64,000 nucleotides of DNA, from assembly GCA_051294375.1 (NCBI GenBank), contig CM119263.1, forward strand, positions 7,410,829 through 7,474,828, written 5' to 3'. The notes beneath the pieces are model-generated. The model was not told the DNA's origin. It did no database searches and saw only the letters and a program-made list of their open reading frames with translations. Origin of the DNA: Paraspadella gotoi (Eukaryota > Animalia > Chaetognatha). The position numbers were made by a program, and so were the translations under genes. Within the stretch, counting starts at the first letter, position 1, and every line of letters begins with the position of its first letter. Below are positions 55,188-64,000 of the stretch, piece by piece.

Positions 55188-55229
55188 CCAATCAGAAGAA
55201 AGGGGGATTTTTCACGGACCAATCAGAAG
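55188..55229 (+). promoter_or_regulatory. Paired CCAAT (NF-Y-type) boxes
   Basis: CCAATCAGAAG at 55188 and 55219, 31 bp apart. Confidence 0.5.
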
Positions 55230-56065
55230 CCTCCTTTCGAACCGCGCTCCCTCGATCTTTTTTCGCGAAAGAAATGGGAGGGGAAGGATTCTTCTTCTTT
55301 CAACAAAATTCTGCGCGGGATTCGGAATCCGGTGACTCACTTAACTCGAACGAGAGCGGGAGAGAAGAGAGAGAAGAGGAGAGAAGGAGATGAAATCTCG
55401 GAGATGACGAGCATGAGAGAAGAGAGAGGAAGAGTAGAGAGAGAGAGAGAAGATTACCTCCTCTCCTTCCTCCCCCTCTGTTCTCCCCTCAATCTCCGAC
55501 TTTCAGCCAAAAAAGGAAATATACTTTTTTTTCGAAAGACTCATTACATATCGAGAGATTTCCTCATTTTATTCGATCGAACGACGACTTCACTCGACGT
55601 AAACTAAACTCCTAATTCGCCGAGATTTAATTGTCTTCAGCTTTATAAGTTATTTAATTTTCTTAACCTTATACTCATGCTAAAAGCACTTTAATAATCT
55701 TGTATATTTTCAGCATTCTCTGAAAGCCTCGAGCTTCCTATCTTATTTATACTATTTTTCTTTCTCGCGGATTGATTTCTCAAGTGAGTTTAACTTTTTA
55801 CAGAAAAACTTCAAGCAAATTTTCCTCTCTAAAACAAAATTTACAGAAAAGTTTGCATTGAAAAGAAACAAAAAAATTTAGATGAAAGGTAAACAAAGCC
55901 TGACGAAAAAAAAAAAGCAAATTAATTTGTTTTAAAAAAAATTCGCGCGCGAATAAAATTCGAGGAATATTAATCTCCTTTCCAATTAATTTACTTTCTC
56001 ATTCAAAGCGAAAACTTTGACGTATTTTCGCTAAATTGTATTCACATTTTCGCCGTAAATTTCGG

Positions 56066-56143
56066 GGTCAATTCGCCGTCAATTCGCCGTCAGTTCGCCG
56101 TCAATTCTCCTTCAATTCGCCGTCAATTCGCCGTCAATTCGCC
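56066..56143. repeat. 11-bp tandem repeat (gtcaattcgcc)x7
   Basis: Seen directly in the sequence. Confidence 0.85.
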
Positions 56144-56418
56144 CTATATTTTCTATTTCTTCGTCGTTGCCTTTTTTCGCCGGAATCGCGAAATTCCTTC
56201 TCAGTTTCTCTCTTCGACCCAAATTTACATTCATTATTGTAACAAGTAGTAAACCGCTTAACTTGGTCTCCCTGGCCGAAGCCGAGAGATCGCACAAAGA
56301 TTCGGGAGAGAAAAGAAAAATGTCTTTCTTTTTTCAAACCAACATTAGAATACGAATCATATTTTTTTAAAAATAATTATTATTATATTTATAATTATAA
56401 TTTTCTTTGATTTTTCAG

Positions 56419-56700
56419 TTTCACATTCGTCCTTCGAACATCGCTCGTGAAATTTCGATCGAAACCAAAAAAAAAAGGAATAAAGAAATAAAAACAAAAT
56501 AAATGAAAATTAAAAGAACAGATTTGAAATTTGCGTTATAGACCTAAATCTAGAAAGAAATGGCGACCGCCGATTGTTATACGATTATGAACAATCCGAC
56601 GACAGAAGTTAAAATAAAAACGAGCGCTTAAAGTTTCCGAGGCAAACCAAACAAAAACAGAAATATAAATGTGAAATCAATAATGGATTATTTCCTGAAT
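56419..56700 (+). CDS. Candidate exon: 5'UTR with a uORF plus start of CDS (MDYFLN, 56683-56700)
   Basis: Acceptor gatttttcag| and donor AAT|gtaagt. In-frame ATG 18 nt before the donor, with good context (ataATGg). Confidence 0.45.
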
Positions 56701-56956
56701 GTAAGTACCTTTTCCCTACTTCACTTTATGAAATACATTTTATGCTAGATCTTTATTTTCTTGTGTAATAAATACTACTTTATACTATCATTCTTCAAAT
56801 CATTTGCCTCATTCTTAATTTGACGTACAACATATCAAACTTTCAGAGTGCAGCATACACGCGTGCACTCGCACCTACCGAATCGTCTTAGTACGCAAAC
56901 AAAAAAAAATCGTTTCCTAAACGAAGATTTTTTTCTTCTTCGTCATGATTTGATTA

Positions 56957-57139
56957 CCACGTGATTCCTTCGTGCTTCAGTTTCTTTCCTCCGCTTTACT
57001 CTTTCCCTCGTTCCTTCCCTTCCCCCCGCATGCGAAAGGATGTGACCCGTATGTGACCCGGCGCGTGCGATCACGTGACCGGTCCACGTGACCCGAGCGT
57101 ACGTCGCGCCCGGGCTCGACCGACGCGACCTTGACGTCA
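56957..57139. promoter_or_regulatory. E-box cluster 3 with a CRE-like site
   Basis: CCACGTGA at 56957, TCACGTGACCGGTCCACGTGACC at 57071-57093, two ATGTGACC, and TGACGTCA at 57132. Confidence 0.55.
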
Positions 57140-57180
57140 GATCAGATGGACGTGGGAGTAGACCTCGTGCCAACTGGTTT

Positions 57181-57293
<113 letters not shown>

Positions 57294-57622
57294 CTTTTTG
57301 GTTTTTTTCTTACTTCCTCCCATTTCCTTCTTTATCGGGTCCGAGCTTTCTTTCCTCACTTTTCGTCTTTTTTTTCTTCTTTTTTTGTCTCTTCCTTTTC
57401 GATTCTTTTCTTTCCTCCTTTCCTCCGTTTTTTCTTCTTTTTTTTAAGGTCAGCATCTTTCCTCGACTCATTTTCTTTCTTTTTTTCCTTTTATTTTTCC
57501 TTTTTCGCTAAACATTCTTTTTCTTTGCCTTATTTTTGTTTTCCAGTCTTTCCGTTTGTTGTTTTTTTTTTAAATCAAAAGTGTGACTCAAACGTGAAAG
57601 AATATTCGATTTTGTGTCTAAC

Positions 57623-57736
<114 letters not shown>

Positions 57737-58064
57737 GATTCCACCGTTGATTTCAAATATATTCACTTTTATCTGAGGAAAAGATGTAAATCCTAAATCG
57801 GCTTATCCTCGGGTTATTGATAACCGACCAAGTTTTTAGCCAATGGAATCAATGGAATCTCGAGCAAAGACGATCGACCCTTCGCCAACCTCTTCCTTCC
57901 CCCACCTGCCCTGACTCTTTTTCCCACTTTTATCAGACCACTCTGTCCTCCTCGCCCCAACCACCACCAAGGAACAGACTGTTCTCCTTTCATTTTAATT
58001 CCCTCATCAAACCAAAAATCTCCCCCCTCCCCTTTTCCCCGAATTCGGTGTTTTTTAGTCAGTC

Positions 58065-58116
<52 letters not shown>

Positions 58117-58240
58117 TGCAGTATTCACGCTTCCCATATGTTCTTTTCTTTCTTTTCCTTTTTACATTTCGTCTCTCTTTATTTCTATCTCGAACTCGTC
58201 GTTACGCATCGCTGTTTTTTCCTGCCTCTTCTCTCTCTCT

Positions 58241-58293
<53 letters not shown>

Positions 58294-59488
58294 TACTTTT
58301 TTCTCTCGCGGTCACGGTGCTCGCTTCATCGGAGATCGTGCATCACGGGACCACTGACGCATTCCGCACACGTAATGCACGCGCTAATTCTCTCATATGA
58401 TCAGTATTCTAGAATTAAAATATCTAGAAGTACGTCCCTTTTTTTTGGGGGAAATCAGTTTGGTCTAAAATCCTAATTAATTGAAAACAATCACTCAGCG
58501 ACTAGTCAGCTGTCGAATTGGGGAACCTCGCGTGCACTCATCTCGCACGCAAACGCACGTAACGCGCACGATATCGCGTTTCCTCCCGACGACGTAATTT
58601 CCCCGATTTTTTACCGACGGCGACGGAGTTCATCTTTTGGGTCATTTCTTCATTTGCATAAAATTCCGATTTTTTTCATCCCTCTCTTCCTCTTCCTCTC
58701 TCTCTCTCTCNNNNNNNNNNGGGGGCGTAAGGGGGGAGGAATCTATGGCAGGACGACCTTGAGTTCACGTCCCTCCCGCGCCCCATGAGCCACATGGCGT
58801 CCCATGTCGCAAGAAGGTCACGACGACGACGACAACGACGAAAGGGATGACGATAATGAGAACGACGACGTCCCGCGATGACGTTGCGTCAGAATCGTTG
58901 GCGCAGGGGTTGGCGCAGTTGGGGGGCGAGGCGTTTTGTCAAGAGGTTGACGTAAAAATTAGGGAGGAGGCTTATTACGTGTTAATTGAATTCTCGTGGC
59001 TTCCGGTTATTTTCGTCGGTCCGTGTCGGTCCGTGTCGGTCCGTTTCGGTCCGTGTCAGTCCGCGTTTGTCCGTGAAGATCACTTTCGTCTCCTAAAAAG
59101 TTTGTCGCTTAGTTTCTGAGAGTCACAAACTCTGTTACTAGAATTTGTCACATATAATTTTAATGAATATTATAAAATCTAATACTTAAAAGAGTGAAAC
59201 AAGTAATTTTGCAATTTTCATAATATGATCGCTTTGACATCAACGACGACGTTGAACTTCGGCCTTACGTACGTATATATTTTATTTTGCGCATTTTCAA
59301 CGCCTTAGAATCTATGTTATTTCATTCAACATTATGAAATCATAATTTTACCAAATAAATTTAAATGTACAAATTTGTTTTCTTGTTGCTTCCGTGATTT
59401 TTAATGTTTTTGGTTCTCGGTTATTTTGTCTTTTTGTTTTCGGATACAAAGACAAATTTTAGTAGCTGACGCATTCGCGGTGCATTGA

Positions 59489-59540
<52 letters not shown>

Positions 59541-59573
59541 TCTCTCTCCCTTTCTTTCTACCCCTGACGCGTG

Positions 59574-59689
59574 CCGTTCCGGGTAGCCGAGTCGGGCAGA
59601 AGCAAACCAGGCGGGCAGCAGGGCGGCGAATTTCGCCTTGCCCTATTGAGGCTGAAGGCGTGGTGGGCGGGTTCGCCCGAGCGGAACGG
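59574..59689 (+). other. 116-nt rod-like RNA hairpin overlapping a candidate exon start
   Basis: Nested pairs ccgttccg/cggaacgg, tcgggc/gcccga, gaa/ttc, acca/tggt, cagc/gctg, agggc/gccct and ggcga/tcgcc. Confidence 0.5.
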
Positions 59690-59897
59690 ATCGTCGAGTT
59701 CGAATCTGGGGATTCCATTGTGTTGATTCCATTTACTGTTCCAGCTGTAGCTGTCATCGACAGTTACACCGTTTATCACTCCATTTGATCATAGCTTTTT
59801 TTGTTTACGATTGTGTTGATTCCAAGATTTACATCATACCATTGCTACATCACGCTTCTTTATCTGCGTGTGTGTCTGTGTGAGTATATCTTTTTTT

Positions 59898-60000
<103 letters not shown>

Positions 60001-61879
60001 TTCGCTCTATTCGGTTTTTTCCTTAACTTTTCCGATTGCCTTTTTAACTCGGACTTTGGTGACTCCATCGCTATATTTCGATTGAACCCTATATGCATCT
60101 CAGTCTCTCTCTTTCTCTCTTGTTCGAGCAAATGGATCGAATTCAAGATTTAGTCCAACCGTCTCTCTCGAGCGGCTCCTACGTTTTCTTCGGTTCAGCG
60201 GAAAATCAANNNNNNNNNNNNNNNNNNNNNNNNNNNNNNNNNNNNNNNNNNNNNNNNNNNNNNNNNNNNNNNNNNNNNNNNNNNNNNNNNNNNNNNNNNN
60301 NNNNNNNNNNNNNNNNNNNNNNNNNNNNNNNNNNNNNNNNNNNNNNNNNNNNNNNNNNNNNNNNNNNNNNNNNNNNNNNNNNNNNNNNNNNNNNNNNNNN
60401 NNNNNNNNNNNNNNNNNNNNNNNNNNNNNNNNNNNNNNNNNNNNNNNNNNNNNNNNNNNNNNNNNNAATAAGTCATGTCGTTACCCGGATTAAGTGGAGT
60501 CGCGCGGATTTTGCTCGAGGATTGAATCGGACTCAAAGTTGACTTTCGGTATCATGAAGGCACCCAGGTGGANNNNNNNNNNNNNNNNNNNNNNNNNNNN
60601 NNNNNNNNNNNNNNNNNNNNNNNNNNNNNNNNNNNNNNNNNNNNNNNNNNNNNNNNNNNNNNNNNNNNNNNNNNNNNNNNNNNNNNNNNNNNNNNNNNNN
60701 NNNNNNNNNNNNNNNNNNNNNNNNNNNNNNNNNNNNNNNNNNNNNNNNNNNNNNNNNNNNNNNNNNNNNNNNNNNNNNNNNNNNNNNNNNNNNNNNNNNN
60801 NNNNNNNNNNNNNNNNNNNNNNNNNNNNNNNNNNNNNNNNNNNNNNNNNNNNNNNNNNNNNNNNNNNNNNNNNNNNNNNNNNNNNNNNNNNNNNNNNNNN
60901 NNNNNNNNNNNNNNNNNNNNNNNNNNNNNNNNNNNNNNNNNNNNNNNNNNNNNNNNNNNNNNNNNNNNNNNNNNNNNNNNNNNNNNNNNNNNNNNNNNNN
61001 NNNNNNNNNNNNNNNNNNNNNNNNNNNNNNNNNNNNNNNNNNNNNNNNNNNNNNNNNNNNNNNNNNNNNNNNNNNNNNNNNNNNNNNNNNNNNNNNNNNN
61101 NNNNNNNNNNNNNNNNNNNNNNNNNNNNNNNNNNNNNNNNNNNNNNNNNNNNNNNNNNNNNNNNNNNNNNNNNNNNNNNNNNNNNNNNNNNNNNNNNNNN
61201 NNNNNNNNNNNNNNNNNNNNNNNNNNNNNNNNNNNNNNNNNNNNNNNNNNNNNNNNNNNNNNNNNNNNNNNNNNNNNNNNNNNNNNNNNNNNNNNNNNNN
61301 NNNNNNNNNNNNNNNNNNNNNNNNNNNNNNNNNNNNNNNNNNNNNNNNNNNNNNNNNNNNNNNNNNNNNNNNNNNNNNNNNNNNNNNNNNNTAGCGAATC
61401 CTCGGTTCGCGCGATCCAGACTTTTCAGAAGTCAAATCGACGCCGCTCACCGGAAGTAGGGCAAATGGCGGCGTCGTTGGCGGCGAATGGCAATGACGAC
61501 GGTGGCGGCGATGGCGGCGAGGATTCGCGCAGTTTTAAGGCGTCATCGATGGCAGGAGAGAGAAGGCATGGAATTGGTTGACGAGGTTATTGGCTTTTTG
61601 AATTTATAAAAACAGACGCGGGTGATTGTACAACGAATGTTTCGTAGTTAATGTCGTTAACGATGATGACACGGTTCCACCGACAATGAAGACGCCAACG
61701 TAGACGCCGCCGGCGGAAACTACGGCGCCGGCGCCGCAGAGTTATGAGAAATCTTCCTTCCGTCCTGCGGCGCCGATCGAGATTCGAGAGAATCTTGTCT
61801 CATTGTAGGTCGAGGCAGAGTTTATGGTTCGAGTTGATGAAGAGATAAAAGGTGACTCACTTTTTAGGAGAGAAAAAAA

Positions 61880-62186
61880 GGGGGAAGTGGGGACTGGGGA
61901 ATGGGGATTCGCTTTTGAGGGAAAATGAGGATAAGTAGGGACTGGGGATTCGCTTTGAAGGGAAAATGAGGGGAAGTGAGGACTGGGGATTTATCTTGGA
62001 GGGGAAATGAGGGGTAGGTGGGTACTAGAGATTCAACTTAGAGGGGAAATGAGGGGAAGTGGGGATTGAAGATTTGCTTTGGAGGGGAAAGGAGAATAAG
62101 TAGGGACTGGGGATTCGCTTTGCAGGGAAAATGAGGGGAAGTGAGGACTGGGGATTCGCTTTTGGGGGAAACTAAGGGGAATTCAC
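61880..62186. repeat. G-rich 41-bp minisatellite, about 7 copies
   Basis: Unit is approximately ggggaagtggggactggggattcgctttggaggggaaatga. actggggat recurs at 61941, 61982, 62106 and 62147. Confidence 0.9.
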
Positions 62187-62712
62187 TTTGTAAAGGATGG
62201 TTGGGGAGCTAAAATCTGAAGAAAGTTGGTTCTTAACATTTTAGATTAAAATCGGGGTCGTGGGAAGAACTGTGAAAGGTGATGTAAATTGAAGAATCTG
62301 GTCATCAACAAAGAATTTTTTTAAAAAATATTTAAAACCGAAACCTAACATAGTCACAAAAATGTGTCGTGACCCGGCAAATTTATAAATGTAACGTAAA
62401 ACTTGTTTCAACACGAAATCGAAATGGAAATCGAGCTCGAAAGCAAATGTGAATGTAAATGTAATTTACTGTCGACTTCGTCAAGAACCGAACATCAAAT
62501 CGAATCGACGAAACGAGGATATTGAAAAAAAAACAATCTCCTCTCTATGCCAAAAAACAAAAAAAATTTCGTCCGCAAAACTGATGAGAGCAGAAAGAGA
62601 GGACGAGAGAGGAGAGAGAGAGAGAGAAGAGAGAGGAGAGATGAGAGGAGGAGAGGAGAGAGATGAGAGAGAACTTTGTCAGAGAGAGACTTTTTTCGTC
62701 GAAAAACTGGAG

Positions 62713-62748
<36 letters not shown>

Positions 62749-62834
62749 TTCTTTCGACGAACACCGATAATTCGAGACACGGAAAAACCAATTCGCTTAA
62801 TGTACTACATCACATCGCTATCCCCGTCATTTAC

Positions 62835-63504
62835 ATTCCGGCTCTATAATTCACTTTGTCAGTTCGTCGGTCCGCCCTCCCAATCTTGTCGGTAAGTCCC
62901 TTAAATCATGTCATAAAATCGAATTATGATAAATTATGTAAAAAAAATGATGTCCGTCTGTCTGTCTGTCTGTCTGTCTGTACGTCCCCCTGTATCTTTG
63001 AACGCCAATTACTCATGATTGTTTGGGACGATTGACTTTAAATTTTGTATGAGGGTAGGAAAGTGTGTGTGTTTAAGTTTAATCATCCATGTGGAAATGA
63101 GTTTAAATTGAAAAAACAAAAAAACAGTTTTACTAATTGATTATGCTTCTTTTTCTTTTTATATTAAATGTAAATGCAAGATGTATTAATAAAACAAATA
63201 ATTAATCTGTTAACTAATCTATTAGTCAATTAATTAATTAATCAATAATTAATTAATTAGTAAATTAATCAATCAATTAATTATTCAATCAATCAATTTA
63301 TTTATCAATTATTAATAATTCAATCAATAAATCAATGAAACAATCAATTAATCATTATCGGCATTATAGTCGTCGCCATCATCATCGTCGTTGTTTTTGT
63401 CGTGGTCAGTGACAAAAAGACTTAATTAATTTACCAACTAATTAATTAACTTTAATTAATTAATTAATTACTGCTAATGATCGTGGGCAGATCCGGCATT
63501 GTTT
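62835..63504 (+). mobile_element. HINE-like family B copy (5' palindrome truncated)
   Basis: attccggctctataattcactttgtc is identical to 31457-31482. Has (GTCT)n at ~62955-62980, one internal repeat unit, and the 3' end taatgatcgtgggcagatccggcattgttt. Confidence 0.7.
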
Positions 63505-63582
63505 GCTCAAACTTATTTTTAATAACCGTCGCCGACGTCAAACGTAGTTTCGTTTTTCGCATGTTTTTCCAACTAATTACTC

Positions 63583-63648
<66 letters not shown>

Positions 63649-63880
63649 TTTTAACAAGTCGCCTTTTTTTGTCGTACTTATTTAACCCGATGACGGCAGC
63701 GTCGATTGCGAACGCGTAATCAACTTACCTTTTTCGGGAAAATCCCTTAAGATAGAGAGAGAGAGATAGAGATAGAGAGTCAAAATGTTTTAAAAAATTA
63801 ACCAAATTAGGAAAGGTTTTCTTTGAGATCCAATCGCGACTCCCAACTCTCTGAAATCAATCTCACATTGTTCCCTTTAC

Positions 63881-64000
63881 CTTCCCGGGGTTAAAAAGTA
63901 AGTCAACGACGCCCGAGACAGGGTTCACCTCAGCAGCGGCTGCAGCGGCTGCAGCGGCAGCGCCAGGGGCGCCGGCGCCCAAATTTAAACTAACGTCTCT
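63881..64000 (-). CDS. 3' part of a coding exon entering from beyond the window; poly-Ala-containing protein, unknown
   Basis: Open frame RDVSLNLGAGAPGAAAAAAAAAAEVNPVSGVVDLLFNPGK with mixed Ala codons (gct/gcc/gca), ending at AAG|gtaaag in phase 0. Confidence 0.55.

Noticed and set aside
59741-59765. ctgtagctgtc...gacag resembling the variable arm of tRNA-Sec
   Set aside because: No TCA anticodon loop, D-arm, T-arm or acceptor stem around it.
60468-61810. Coding sequence around the 60.2-61.4 kb gaps
   Set aside because: Several short frames are open on both strands, but none has supporting splice signals or recognisable homology. The gaps prevent a call.
62575-62610. CTGATGA...GAAA hammerhead-like core
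   Set aside because: No stem II, and no compatible stems I/III or cleavage triplet.

Overview
This is eukaryotic genomic DNA, most likely from an invertebrate animal: AT-rich, CpG not depleted, dense (AG/CT)n, (CTTT)n, (GAC)n and (AAT)n microsatellites, with GT-AG splice signals. It comes from a gapped draft assembly. The supplied ORF track is almost entirely microsatellite or N-gap noise, and I cannot name any protein-coding gene. The window looks like intronic and regulatory sequence with scattered candidate exons on both strands. About 12 kb (9966-21860), and probably about 50496-52850, is insertion-rich error-prone sequence next to 25-N gaps that re-copies nearby clean sequence; it is best read as long-read gap-fill artefact. 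Features supported by the sequence are two families of Helentron-associated (HINE/DINE-1-like) non-autonomous elements, a TA-flanked GC-armed fold-back element nested in one of them, a tRNA-derived remnant, three TCACGTGA E-box clusters, a paired CCAAT site and several minisatellites. The best candidates for undescribed biology are two structured-RNA-like segments. One is a ~200-nt three-way-junction element at 24473-24696, possibly a solo LTR. The other is a 116-nt rod-like hairpin at 59574-59689 that loops out a candidate splice acceptor. A possible dual-frame terminal exon lies at 41156-41564. All pairings and translations were worked out by hand; no folding program or database search was run.
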